Shown here piece after piece: positions 52,221-61,989 of a stretch of 64,000 nucleotides of DNA; the first letter of the stretch is position 1, and each line of letters opens with the position of its first letter. The position numbers were made by a program, and so were the translations under genes. The DNA is from an uncultured Gemmatimonadales bacterium (GTDB lineage Bacteria; Gemmatimonadota; Gemmatimonadetes; Gemmatimonadales; GWC2-71-9). The notes under the pieces are model-generated. The model was not told the DNA's origin. It was given only the letters and a program-made list of their open reading frames with translations, and ran no database searches. The DNA is taken from NCBI GenBank assembly GCA_963728915.1, contig CAVSLV010000001.1, forward strand, positions 672,001-736,000. Direction: 5' to 3'.

Positions 52221-53858
52221 ATGCGACTGCTCCCCATCCTCCTGGCCGCGGGCGCCCTGGCTCGCCCGCTGCTGGCCCAGCAAACCGCCTACACCCGCGC
52301 CGATACCCTGCGGGGCTCCTGGGAGACCCCCGGTCGCGCCTGGTGGGACGTCAGCTTCTACGACCTCGAGGTCAGAATCAACCCGGCGGACAGCTCGATT
52401 CGCGGCTCCAACTCCATCGGTTACCGGGTACTCGCCCCGGCATCCGAGATGCAGATCGATCTCATGACTCCGCTCGGCGTCGACAGTATGGTGCAGGGAG
52501 GAGCGAAGGTCCAGTATCGGCGCGAGGGAAACGCCTTCTTCGCGACGCTCGCGAATCCTCCTCCGGTCGGGAGCTCCGGCGCCATCGTCGTGTATTACCA
52601 CGGGAAGCCGCGGGTCGCGGCACGGCCTCCCTGGGAAGGCGGCTTCACCTGGGGCGCCGACAGCCTGCATCGCGACTGGGTGGTGACCAGTGATCAGGGC
52701 GTGGGCGCCAGCATCTGGTGGCCCAACAAGGACACCCAGGCCGACGAGCCCGACAGCATGCGCATCGCCATCACGGTGCCCAGACCGATGATCGACGTCA
52801 GCAACGGCCGCCTTCGCAAGACCACGGAGAATAAGGACGGTACGACCACCTTCGAGTGGTTCGTCACCCAACCGATCAACAACTACGCCGTCGCGGTGAA
52901 TGCCGGCAGCTACGCGCACTACACCGACACATTCAAAGGCGAAGGCGGCACTCTCTCCCTCGATTTCTATCCGCTTTCCTATCACCTGGAAGCAGCCCGG
53001 AAGCAATGGGGCCAGGCCAGGACCATGCTGGCCTGCTTCGAGCACTGGTTCGGTCCCTATCCGTGGTACCAGGACGGCTACAAACTGATCGAAACCTCCC
53101 ACCTCGGCATGGAGCACCAGAGCGCGGTCGCCTATGGCAACGGGTTCCAGAACGGCTATCGCGGCCGCGATCTCAGCACCAGCGGATACGGGGCGAAGTG
53201 GGACTTCATCATCGTGCACGAGAGCGCCCACGAGTGGTGGGGCAACAACATCACCACCAGGGACATCGCGGACATGTGGGTGCACGAGGGGTTCGCCAAC
53301 TACAGCGAGGGCCTCTATACCGAGTGCCTGTTCGGCAAAGAGGCTGGCGCAGCCTACACCACGGGGTCACGCTACAATGCGGAAGGCCAGCGACCGATCA
53401 TCTCCACCTACGGCGTCAACGCGAACCCTCCAATCGACCAGTACTACAAGGCGGGCAACCTGCTGCATCTCATCCGCCAGCTCGTCGGCGACGACGAGAA
53501 ATGGCGGGGGATCCTCCGGGGGCTCAACGCCACCTTTCGGCACCAGACCGTCATGGGGAAGCAGATCGAGGATTACATCTCGGCGCAGTCCGGGATGGAC
53601 CTGAGCAAGGTTTTCGACCAGTACCTTCGCACCACCGAAATCCCCGCGCTGAATTATCGGATCGCGAATGATACGCTGAGCTATCGATGGCAGAGCACCG
53701 TGCCTGGATTCGCGATGCCGGTCCGGGTCACCACCGGCCCGGGGACCTGGGCCGTGATCAAGCCGACCGCGCGCTGGCAGAAGCTGCCGGTCACGGTTCC
53801 GGCGGATCAGTTCAAGGTGGACCCCAACTGGTTCGTGGCGGTGCTGCGGGAGCCCTGA
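52221..53858 (+). CDS. Secreted M1-family metallopeptidase
   Basis: GMEH, HESAHEWWGN...WVHEGFANY (HEXXH-X18-E). Confidence 0.93.
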   Translation: MRLLPILLAAGALARPLLAQQTAYTRADTLRGSWETPGRAWWDVSFYDLEVRINPADSSIRGSNSIGYRVLAPASEMQIDLMTPLGVDSMVQGGAKVQYRREGNAFFATLANPPPVGSSGAIVVYYHGKPRVAARPPWEGGFTWGADSLHRDWVVTSDQGVGASIWWPNKDTQADEPDSMRIAITVPRPMIDVSNGRLRKTTENKDGTTTFEWFVTQPINNYAVAVNAGSYAHYTDTFKGEGGTLSLDFYPLSYHLEAARKQWGQARTMLACFEHWFGPYPWYQDGYKLIETSHLGMEHQSAVAYGNGFQNGYRGRDLSTSGYGAKWDFIIVHESAHEWWGNNITTRDIADMWVHEGFANYSEGLYTECLFGKEAGAAYTTGSRYNAEGQRPIISTYGVNANPPIDQYYKAGNLLHLIRQLVGDDEKWRGILRGLNATFRHQTVMGKQIEDYISAQSGMDLSKVFDQYLRTTEIPALNYRIANDTLSYRWQSTVPGFAMPVRVTTGPGTWAVIKPTARWQKLPVTVPADQFKVDPNWFVAVLREP

Positions 53859-53972
53859 ACCGACACCAGCCGGTCGACGATGCCACCCGGCGAGCCGCCG
53901 CGGCTTCGCCAGGCTCTGGCAGGAAGGCTCCTGATTGGAGTAGTTTCCGGGCTCCCTCTTCCGAGTCGTCCC

Positions 53973-54509
53973 ATGAAACTCGTCCGATCCCTTCCCCTGC
54001 TGGCCATTTCGGGCCTGGCCCTTGCGACCGCGCAGGCGCAAGGTCCGCTCTCCGCCGCGATGAAGCGGAGCCTCACCCGCTACAGCACCAATATGCCCGG
54101 CGCCGCCGACCTCATGCCGCCTGACAAGTACGGGTTCAAGCCGACCCCGGAGCAGATGAGCTTCGGCGAGATCATCGCCCACGAAGCGGAATCCAATGAG
54201 ACCCTGTGTGCCGCGATCGGGGGCGGCGGACAGACGCCGACCGAATCGGCCGCCGGTGCGACGGCGCCGAAGGATCAGCTGGTCGCCCGGCTCAGGAAAT
54301 CGTTCGAGTACTGCGGCACCGTGATCGATGGGCTCAAAGAGAGCGCCCTGGCGGATTCGGTCCCGTTCTTCGGTGGGCGGAAAGCGCCCCGGGCGGTGGC
54401 AGTGATCGGGCTCGCCCAGGACTGGGCCGACCACTATGCCCAGGCGGCCATGTATCTCCGGCTCAACGGAATCCTGCCCCCCTCGGCCCGACCGCGCCCT
54501 CGTCCGTAG
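53973..54509 (+). CDS. Secreted DinB-family protein
   Basis: Signal peptide; MPPDKYGFKPTP..MSFG...H...HYAQ...YLRLNGILPP. Confidence 0.85.
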   Translation: MKLVRSLPLLAISGLALATAQAQGPLSAAMKRSLTRYSTNMPGAADLMPPDKYGFKPTPEQMSFGEIIAHEAESNETLCAAIGGGGQTPTESAAGATAPKDQLVARLRKSFEYCGTVIDGLKESALADSVPFFGGRKAPRAVAVIGLAQDWADHYAQAAMYLRLNGILPPSARPRPRP

Positions 54510-54525
54510 GAAGCCAGGGACCGGA

Positions 54526-55419
54526 TCAGCGCCGCTCCTCGACTAGCAGCCCCATGGGAACCTGCCGGAGCCCCCGCCAGTGGTGGGTGGCTCCGGGTTC
54601 CCGGATCAGCAGCTGACTCGAGATTCCCCCGTCCAGCATGACCGCGGTCTGGGCGCCCAGCGCTCCCATCACCGCGGCCATTTCCGGCGCGGTCAGTCCG
54701 AATGGAACGAAATCAAGAAGCCCGTTCGCTCCGTCGAAGCGGGTTATGGCGAGGAGCACCATCCCGTCCATCGTTTCCCCGATCGCGGCGCGGGCATCCC
54801 GGTGGGTGAGGTCAACTCCCAGTCCCTCCTGACGCAGCTCCGGCGGGATGACGCCGTGGAGCAGGAGCCGCGGGTAGCTCTGAAACCCCACCACAATCCC
54901 CGACCCGAGACCCAGGGTTGCCAGGGAGTCCGGAGCGATCCACCGGAGCCTGCCCAGAGCGTCGAACCCGACGCCGACCGAGGTCGGCCCAAAGCCGGCC
55001 GGCTGCCAGGTCCGCCCGTTCAGTACCACCCAGCCCCAGGGGTGGCTGCGGGGGAACTGTCCGGCATTGATGGCCACGAGGGCGTTTCGCGGGGCGCGGT
55101 CCAGCGACCAGGCTGCCCGATCCCGGTCCTTCTGAAACGCGGTGTCCAGACGGAATCGGGTCAGCCGCGGGTCGATCCGGGCGACAATCAGCCTGATGCG
55201 TTTCGCCTCGCCCGTTCCGGCGAGCCGCGCCTCACTCCAATCGACCCCTGGAGCCACTCGATGCCACGCCATGCTGTTGAGCACCAATGGAAGGGGACCG
55301 CTCCATTCGGTTGGAGCGTCGGCGGAGGTCCACCAGCCTTCCCAACGGCTTCCGGTCCAGACCGCGAGAGAGGAAGCCGGAAGGAGGAATGCGGCGAGCA
55401 ACGCCGCAAGGAGCCTCAC
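54526..55419 (-). CDS. Phosphodiester glycosidase (NAGPA-like) family protein
   Basis: AINAGQF, RDARAAIG, AVMLDGGISSQ. GTG start overlaps the upstream TGA. Confidence 0.8.
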   Translation of the reverse strand: MRLLAALLAAFLLPASSLAVWTGSRWEGWWTSADAPTEWSGPLPLVLNSMAWHRVAPGVDWSEARLAGTGEAKRIRLIVARIDPRLTRFRLDTAFQKDRDRAAWSLDRAPRNALVAINAGQFPRSHPWGWVVLNGRTWQPAGFGPTSVGVGFDALGRLRWIAPDSLATLGLGSGIVVGFQSYPRLLLHGVIPPELRQEGLGVDLTHRDARAAIGETMDGMVLLAITRFDGANGLLDFVPFGLTAPEMAAVMGALGAQTAVMLDGGISSQLLIREPGATHHWRGLRQVPMGLLVEERR

Positions 55420-56258
55420 GGGCAGAGCTCGGAGAGATCCTTGATGGCCTGTTCCCGCTTCTTCATCGCCTCGATCTCGCGGTCGCTGAAACCTGCCCAG
55501 GCCTGTTTCTTCTTCAGCTGTTCGATGAACATCTTGATTCGCTCGCAGGAGACCGCGACCTGGCGGCCGTTCATCCCACTCAGGTCGGCTTCCTTCTTCT
55601 CGATATCGGCCTCGCTCTGACTGATCTGCTTCTGAAGCCCTTCGACCTGGTCCTTCAACCCCATCCACTCTTTCACCACGGCGGGAGGAGTCGGATCCCC
55701 GCACCGCTTGATCACCGCCACGGACTCGGCCGCGGTCGGCTCCCGACCCTTCTGCAGCTGCTCCAGCAGCCGCCGGACTTCGGCGGTATCTCCCTTTGCC
55801 TGGGCCTGGCCCATGGCCAGCCCGACCTGCTGCATCCTCTGGAGATCCGGGGGGCCAGATCGCTTGGTGTCCTGGATCGCACTGTAGGAGGAATCGCGGC
55901 AGTTCTCGACATCCCGTCGATGCTGGTCCCAGGCGTTGATTCGATCGACATTTTTGTCGTAGATGGCGGCCTGCCGCGAATCGATCGCGTCCATCCTGGC
56001 GCGAAGAGCGGCGGGGCCGTTGGGACTGTCGGCAAGGACCTTGGCGGCCTGCTTCGCCGCCAGCAGCTTGTCGATTCGCTCGACCGTGATCTCCAGGGTG
56101 ACGTCATTGAACTGGGGCTGGGATCCTGCCTGATCCGCCGTGGCGCCCTTGGGGAGCCGCTTCTTGACCAGGTTGCCAAGCTGACCGTGAGCGGGGGCAG
56201 GCAGCGTGAGCGCGGCGATCGCCGCGAGCGTCAGGAGCGCCGGGAGCGAGCGTGACAT
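55416..56258 (-). CDS. Hypothetical secreted alpha-helical/coiled-coil protein
   Basis: Signal peptide ending AHG-Q, heptad-like helices, four Cys. Confidence 0.75.
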   Translation of the reverse strand: MSRSLPALLTLAAIAALTLPAPAHGQLGNLVKKRLPKGATADQAGSQPQFNDVTLEITVERIDKLLAAKQAAKVLADSPNGPAALRARMDAIDSRQAAIYDKNVDRINAWDQHRRDVENCRDSSYSAIQDTKRSGPPDLQRMQQVGLAMGQAQAKGDTAEVRRLLEQLQKGREPTAAESVAVIKRCGDPTPPAVVKEWMGLKDQVEGLQKQISQSEADIEKKEADLSGMNGRQVAVSCERIKMFIEQLKKKQAWAGFSDREIEAMKKREQAIKDLSELCP

Positions 56259-56399
56259 GGCGGAGGCCTCATAGAGGAGTGAGAAGCGAGAACAAGCTTA
56301 CGATTCGGGACGCCAGCGTCGGTACAATCCCGTCACTATTGTACCGAGCATAGGGCCAAGGATCAAACCCGAGCCATCCTTGAAACCAGGGGAACAGTG

Positions 56400-57806
56400 A
56401 TGAGGCCTTCACACCTCACCGTGCTGCTGGTCGTCCTCATGACAGGGTCGGCCCAGGCCCAGGCCCAGTCCTTTTCGGCCGCCGAGCAGGCCGGAATCGA
56501 CAGCGCGGCCCGTTCGGTCCTCGCGGGAACCGGCGCCCCGAGCGCCTCCATCGCGATCGTGCGCGACGGCCGAATCGTGTATGAGCAGGCGTACGCCAAT
56601 CCACAGGCCGAACCGCCCCGGGCACCTGCACCGACAATGCGGTACGCGATCGGCTCGGTCAGCAAGCAGTTCACCGCCACCGCGGTCCTCATGCTCGCCG
56701 AGGAAGGGAAGCTGTCGCTCGATGACAAGGTGGCCAGGTGGTTTCCCGATCTGACCCGCGCCGGCGAGATCAGCGTCCGGCAGCTCCTCTCGATGACCTC
56801 GGGGTATCAGGATTTCTGGCCCCAGGACTATGTCTTCCCCGCCATGCGGAAGCCGGTCGCCCCGGTCGAGATCATGCATCGCTGGGCCGGGAAGCCGCTG
56901 GACTTCGATCCCGGCACCCGCTGGCAGTACAGCAATACGAACTACGTGATCGCCGGCGCGATCGTGCAGCAGGTGTCGGGACTCCCCCTGATGGAGTTCC
57001 TGCGCCAGCGCATCTTCACCCCTCTCGGCATGGCCACGGTGGCGGACTTCAACCACGGAGCGCTCTCGTCGACCGACGCTCCGCCGCTGCTTCGAAACGC
57101 CCTGGGGCCCCTTCGGCCGGCGCCCAAGGAGGCGCCTGGATGGCTGTTCGGCGCCGGACAGCTCGCCATGACGGCGCACGACCTGGCGCTCTGGAACATC
57201 GCGGTCATGAATCGGAGCCTGCTTCGGGAAGCGTCCTACCGGGAGCAACAGCGGGATGTGCTGCTCGTCAACGGCCTCTCGAGCAGGTATGGGCTCGGGG
57301 TCACCGTGACCACGGGCCTGGGAGGAAGACGGCGGATCACCCACGGTGGAGCAGTCTCCGGCTATACCACCACCAACGACGTGTATCCGGATGACCGCGC
57401 GGCGGTTGTGGTCTTCACCGATATCTACCCGGGAGCCGGCGGGGCGACCGGCCAGATTGCCGGCCGGATCGCGGCGATTCTTTTCGCCGAAACGGACAGC
57501 ACGTCCCGGGTCGCCCGCGACCTGGCCCGTCGGATCTATGCCGACCTGGCGAAGGGGACCTTCGAAGCGTCACTTTTCTCGGACAACGCCCGGGCCTACT
57601 TCACCCGCGAGGTCCTCGAGGACTACCGGACCAGCCTGGGCCCGCTCGGAGCCCCCACCGAATTCACGGCGGGCGGAGAGTCGCTTCGGGGCGGGATGGT
57701 CATCCGGTCCTACCGGATCCGGGCCGGCGGGGTCGTCATGGACCTGACCACCATGACCCTTCCCGACGGCAGGATCGAGCAGTACCTGATCGCGCGCGCG
57801 GGTTAG
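56400..57806 (+). CDS. Serine hydrolase, beta-lactamase/D-aminopeptidase-like
   Basis: GSVSKQF (SxxK), YSN, HGG, signal peptide. Confidence 0.9.
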   Translation: MRPSHLTVLLVVLMTGSAQAQAQSFSAAEQAGIDSAARSVLAGTGAPSASIAIVRDGRIVYEQAYANPQAEPPRAPAPTMRYAIGSVSKQFTATAVLMLAEEGKLSLDDKVARWFPDLTRAGEISVRQLLSMTSGYQDFWPQDYVFPAMRKPVAPVEIMHRWAGKPLDFDPGTRWQYSNTNYVIAGAIVQQVSGLPLMEFLRQRIFTPLGMATVADFNHGALSSTDAPPLLRNALGPLRPAPKEAPGWLFGAGQLAMTAHDLALWNIAVMNRSLLREASYREQQRDVLLVNGLSSRYGLGVTVTTGLGGRRRITHGGAVSGYTTTNDVYPDDRAAVVVFTDIYPGAGGATGQIAGRIAAILFAETDSTSRVARDLARRIYADLAKGTFEASLFSDNARAYFTREVLEDYRTSLGPLGAPTEFTAGGESLRGGMVIRSYRIRAGGVVMDLTTMTLPDGRIEQYLIARAG

Positions 57807-59239
57807 GGTACCGCGGGCTGGGTCAGCGCCTTGGTGAGCCGGTACAGGAACTCCTGCCCTTCGTAGTACGACTGAATCCGCATCCGCTCGTCCCGGCCAT
57901 GGGCCCGGGCGTCCACCGCGGGATCGAGAAACAGACCCGAGACCCCGAAGGCAGGCACCCCTCGCTGCCGGAAGAACCGGGAATCGGTCGCGCCGGTGGA
58001 CATCACCGGAATGATCGGGATGTTCCCGAACATCTCGTGGGTAATCCGCTCCACCGGCTGGATCAGCTCGGGCAGCAGGGCGGATGGCGGAGCCGGAGGC
58101 CGCTGGGTCCTGACGATGACCTGAACCGTGGTATCCCCGATCGCGCGGGCCAGGCTGTCGCGCACCTGCTGCGCGGTCTCATCGGGATAGACTCGGCAGT
58201 TGATATTGGCCTCCGCGAGCTGGGGCAGGGCGTTGGTGGCGTGCCCCCCAGAAAGGCCGGTGGCGACGCAGGTCGTCCGGAGCATCGAGTTGTACCTGGG
58301 GTCCGCGGTGACCGCGGTGATGGCGGCCCGGTCCGCGGGATTCGCGACCAGGGCCTTCATGGCCCGGCCCATGGCCGGCTCCTCCACATCGGCGGTTCTC
58401 GAGAAGAACGCGCGGGTGACCTCATTCAGCTTGATCGGGAACCGGTACGCGGCGACCCGGTCGAGCGCACTCGCCAAGGAGTAAATCGCGTTGTCGGCGC
58501 GGGGCACCGAGGAGTGCCCGCCGCGATTCGTCACCCGGAGAGTAATGTTGGTCGTGATCTTCTCGGTGGCCTGCACCGAGTTGAAGAGCGGCTTGCCATT
58601 CCGAAGGGTGCCCCCGCCCCCTTCGTTGATGACCAGGGCGCCGTCGACCAGCTCCGGATGGTTCTCCAGCAGCCAGGCGACCCCGTTGAACGCCCCGCTC
58701 TCCTCGTCGGAGGTCAGGGCAATGATGATGTCCCGGTCGGGGACGTACCCCTCGTCCTTGAGCCTGAAGGCATTGGCGACGAAGATCGACGCCATCGCCT
58801 TGTCGTCCGCCGTTCCCCGGCCGTAGTAGTACCCGTCCCGTTCGGTGAACACGAAAGGATCCAGGTCTTCCGACCAGTCGGACTTGATCGCCTCGACCAC
58901 GTCGAGGTGCGCCAGCAGAATCACCGGCTTCCTGCCGGGGTTCCGTCCCCGGATCCGCGCGACCACGTTGAACTTCTCGGGGCGCGGCCCGCCGAGGAAG
59001 ATGTCGGAGTCGGGAATACCCGCCTCGTGGAACCGCCTGGCCATCGCCTCGGCGGCCGTCGTCACGTTCCCGGTCGTCACGCCCGACTTGATCTCGATCA
59101 GCTCCTTGTAGATCTCGTGGGCTTTCTCCTGATGCGGCTTGAGCTGGCCGGGCGTGTAGATCGCCGACTGCGAGCTGAGCGGAGCCGCGCAAATGACGAG
59201 CACGGCGACCGGAAGGAGTGGCCGAAACGAGCCAGGCAT
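57803..59239 (-). CDS. M20/M25/M40 family metallopeptidase
   Basis: LAHLDVV, GRGTADDK, DEE, NEGG, GGHSS, TGATD, AHGRDE. Confidence 0.92.
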   Translation of the reverse strand: MPGSFRPLLPVAVLVICAAPLSSQSAIYTPGQLKPHQEKAHEIYKELIEIKSGVTTGNVTTAAEAMARRFHEAGIPDSDIFLGGPRPEKFNVVARIRGRNPGRKPVILLAHLDVVEAIKSDWSEDLDPFVFTERDGYYYGRGTADDKAMASIFVANAFRLKDEGYVPDRDIIIALTSDEESGAFNGVAWLLENHPELVDGALVINEGGGGTLRNGKPLFNSVQATEKITTNITLRVTNRGGHSSVPRADNAIYSLASALDRVAAYRFPIKLNEVTRAFFSRTADVEEPAMGRAMKALVANPADRAAITAVTADPRYNSMLRTTCVATGLSGGHATNALPQLAEANINCRVYPDETAQQVRDSLARAIGDTTVQVIVRTQRPPAPPSALLPELIQPVERITHEMFGNIPIIPVMSTGATDSRFFRQRGVPAFGVSGLFLDPAVDARAHGRDERMRIQSYYEGQEFLYRLTKALTQPAVP

Positions 59240-59297
59240 TGGGAAAGACTCCAGAAGAAAGAGAACCGGGCGTAATATTAGATCGGAAAGGAAGAAT

Positions 59298-60359
59298 ATG
59301 GCTACAGGTTCCCGGGTCGTGGCTCTCGGCTTGATCCTCACCGGAGCATTCCCATTCTCGGTGACTGCACAGCAGGTCGTGGCCGCCGAGCAGGTCAGCG
59401 GCACCGAGGTCCTGCTCATCGGAGTGAGTCCGGTCAACACCAAGGTGGTCTGGGTCTCCGGGATCCGAGGTACCTGGCTTCGCACCAGGGACGGCGGGGC
59501 GACCTGGCAAGCCGGCCGAGTTCCCGGTGCGGACAGCCTCCAATTCCGGGACGTACACGGGGTGGATGAGCAGACGGCCTATCTCCTCAGCATCGGGGAG
59601 GGGGCCCAGTCGAGGATCTACAAGACCACCGACGGAGGCAGCAGCTGGTCGCTTCAGTTCTCCAACCCGGACCCCAAAGGGTTCTACGACTGTTTCGACT
59701 TCTGGGATGCCGATCGCGGCATCGCGATCGGTGATGCGATCGATGGGGCAATTGCCATCCTCCAGACCGGCGATGGAGGGGCTCACTGGCGGCGAATCCC
59801 TCCCGATCGCCTCCCGGCGGCCCAGACCGGTGAGGGAAGTTTCGCAGCGAGTGGGAGGTGTCTCACGACGGGCGCCGGCGGTCAGGCCTGGATCGTGATG
59901 AGCAATCCGGAACGCGCTCGGGTCCTCCACACCGCCGACTACGGGAATACCTGGTCCTCTTCCTGGCTTCCGATTGGGGTGCGGCAGGGAACCGGCCCGA
60001 CTTCGGTCAGCTTCCGCGATGCGAGCCACGGCGTCGTCATGGGGTCGCGGAGCGGCACCGAGCCGCAGGATACCCTCAGGGCCATGGCCGCGATCACCTC
60101 CGACGGTGGCAAGTCCTGGTCGTTGGTTTCCGATCCTCCCTTACCGCGTGGAGTGTGGGGTGGCGGATTTGTTCCCGGGCCTTCGCACCCGTTGCTGGCG
60201 GTCGGACCCGACGGCGCGGTCTACTCCACCGACGAAGGGAAGACCTGGAAGACGATCGATGCCCGGAGCTACTGGTCGGTAGCGATGGCCTCTGCCGATA
60301 CAGGCTGGGCCGTCGGTACCCGGGGCAGAATCACCAGAATTTCCGGGTTCCAGCCATGA
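59298..60359 (+). CDS. BNR/Asp-box repeat beta-propeller protein (YCF48-like)
   Basis: Repeated TxDGGxxW Asp-boxes; signal peptide. Confidence 0.85.
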   Translation: MATGSRVVALGLILTGAFPFSVTAQQVVAAEQVSGTEVLLIGVSPVNTKVVWVSGIRGTWLRTRDGGATWQAGRVPGADSLQFRDVHGVDEQTAYLLSIGEGAQSRIYKTTDGGSSWSLQFSNPDPKGFYDCFDFWDADRGIAIGDAIDGAIAILQTGDGGAHWRRIPPDRLPAAQTGEGSFAASGRCLTTGAGGQAWIVMSNPERARVLHTADYGNTWSSSWLPIGVRQGTGPTSVSFRDASHGVVMGSRSGTEPQDTLRAMAAITSDGGKSWSLVSDPPLPRGVWGGGFVPGPSHPLLAVGPDGAVYSTDEGKTWKTIDARSYWSVAMASADTGWAVGTRGRITRISGFQP

Positions 60360-61483
60360 AGGGTCTTCTGGCACTGGCGCTGCTGGCTTCCTGCGCGCCT
60401 CGTCCCAGGGGGCCCGCGCCCAGCTCGCCGCAACCGACGCCGGAGCGAGGAACCCTCGCGGTGGATACCATCGTTGACGGCCTGGTTCACCCATGGGCGG
60501 TGGCCCTGCTCCCCGATGGCCGGTTTCTGGTGACTGAGCGCCCCGGCCGAATGCGGCTGGTGGACAGCTCAGGGAGGTTGGGCGATCCGCTGGCGGGCGT
60601 CCCATCGGTCTTCGCCGAGGGACAGGGTGGGTTACTCGACGTGGCACTCGATCCCGGCTATGCCACGAACCATCGGATCTTCTTCTCGTTCGCGGAACCG
60701 GGGTCCGGCGGGACCGCGGGCACCGCCGTCGGTCGCGCTCGACTCACCGACTCCAGCCTGGTGGAGGTCAAGATCATCTATCGGCAGGCACCCAAGGTCG
60801 TGGGGAACAATCACTTCGGATCCCGGCTGGTCTTCGGAAAAGACGGGAATCTGTTCATCACCCAGGGCGAGCGCTTCGCCTACCCGCAGATGGCCCAGAA
60901 CCTGTCGGTGCTGCTCGGCAAGATCGTGCGGGTTACGGTGGACGGCGCGGTCCCGCCCGACAATCCCTACGTGGGGCGGAGCGGGGCCCGGCCGGAAATC
61001 TGGTCCTACGGGCATCGAAACGTGCAGGCGGCCGCGCTCGATCCGGAGAGCGGGCGGCTCTGGACGGTGGAACACGGAGCCATGGGTGGTGACGAATTGA
61101 ACCATCCCGACGCGGGAATGAACTACGGGTGGCCGGTCATCACCTACGGACGGGACTACAGCGGGCGGTCGATCGGCATCGGGGCGGTCAAGGACGGGAT
61201 GGAGCAGCCGGTGTACTACTGGGATCCGGTGATCGCGCCGTCGGGGATGACCTTCTACACCGGGAATGCGTTTCCCGGCTGGAAAGGGAACCTTCTGATC
61301 GGCGGGCTTGCCTCGCAGGCCCTGGTTCGGCTGGAAATGGCGAACGATACGGTCACCCGGGAATCGCGCTACCTCGGCGAGTTGGGGAAGCGCATTCGCG
61401 ACGTCCAGGAGGGGCCGGACGGATTTCTCTATGTCGTGACCGACGAAGATCCCGGCGCCCTCCTTCGCATCAGGCCCAAATAG
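60356..61483 (+). CDS. PQQ-dependent sugar dehydrogenase (glucose/sorbosone family) lipoprotein
   Basis: Lipobox LASC, GQGGLLDV, HFGSRL, YGHRNVQ, GGDELN, NYGWP, IAPSG, RIRDV. ATGA coupling. Confidence 0.92.
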   Translation: MKGLLALALLASCAPRPRGPAPSSPQPTPERGTLAVDTIVDGLVHPWAVALLPDGRFLVTERPGRMRLVDSSGRLGDPLAGVPSVFAEGQGGLLDVALDPGYATNHRIFFSFAEPGSGGTAGTAVGRARLTDSSLVEVKIIYRQAPKVVGNNHFGSRLVFGKDGNLFITQGERFAYPQMAQNLSVLLGKIVRVTVDGAVPPDNPYVGRSGARPEIWSYGHRNVQAAALDPESGRLWTVEHGAMGGDELNHPDAGMNYGWPVITYGRDYSGRSIGIGAVKDGMEQPVYYWDPVIAPSGMTFYTGNAFPGWKGNLLIGGLASQALVRLEMANDTVTRESRYLGELGKRIRDVQEGPDGFLYVVTDEDPGALLRIRPK

Positions 61484-61484
61484 A

Positions 61485-61895
61485 TCAGGGCTTTGCCTTG
61501 GCGAGCAGGAAGGTCGCGGTCACCACCACCGCGCCGGCCTGAGTGCATTCCGCTGTGCCCTTGAGCACACCGGAGGTCATCGTGCCGGTGCTCGCGCACA
61601 CCATGTCGGCGATGTCCTGGACCCAGGAGACCTTGCTGCCTTCGAGTTTGAACTCCCGGACCGGACCGGCCGTGGGCGGCTGATCGGTGAAAACCTCCAG
61701 AGTCACCTGCCATTCCTTGTTCACCTGCTGCACGGTGAGCTTGAGGTTGCCGGGCGGGACTGCATCGGACTGATAGGGTCCTTCCCAGACTCCCACGATT
61801 TCCGGCGCGGGATCCCGCGGCTTGGGAACCTGCGCGTTGAGGCTGGTCGCCAGGAGGACCGGCAAGGAGGCCACCAGAAGCGCGGTGGATCGCAT
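61485..61895 (-). CDS. Hypothetical secreted protein
   Basis: Signal peptide, IVGVWEG, Cys pair. Confidence 0.65.
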   Translation of the reverse strand: MRSTALLVASLPVLLATSLNAQVPKPRDPAPEIVGVWEGPYQSDAVPPGNLKLTVQQVNKEWQVTLEVFTDQPPTAGPVREFKLEGSKVSWVQDIADMVCASTGTMTSGVLKGTAECTQAGAVVVTATFLLAKAKP

Positions 61896-61989
61896 GGAAC
61901 CATCCTGAAAGGGTGATCTCGGGAAGACGAAATCTACCCCGAATTGGTTTCGGGTACATTTCGGGCTTCCATGGTTCGGGGTGACTCGC

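Noticed and set aside
50598..53285. 895-aa ORF as one protein (likewise 6904..8754, 20298..22373, 28635..30371, 59858..61483)
   Set aside because: The N-terminal extensions overlap other real genes. True starts are internal (52136, 8136, 21279, 29711, 60356), supported by signal peptides, motifs or coupling.
56400..57806. Beta-lactam resistance gene
   Set aside because: SxxK/YSN/HGG motifs are shared by many non-resistance serine hydrolases; no mobile context.
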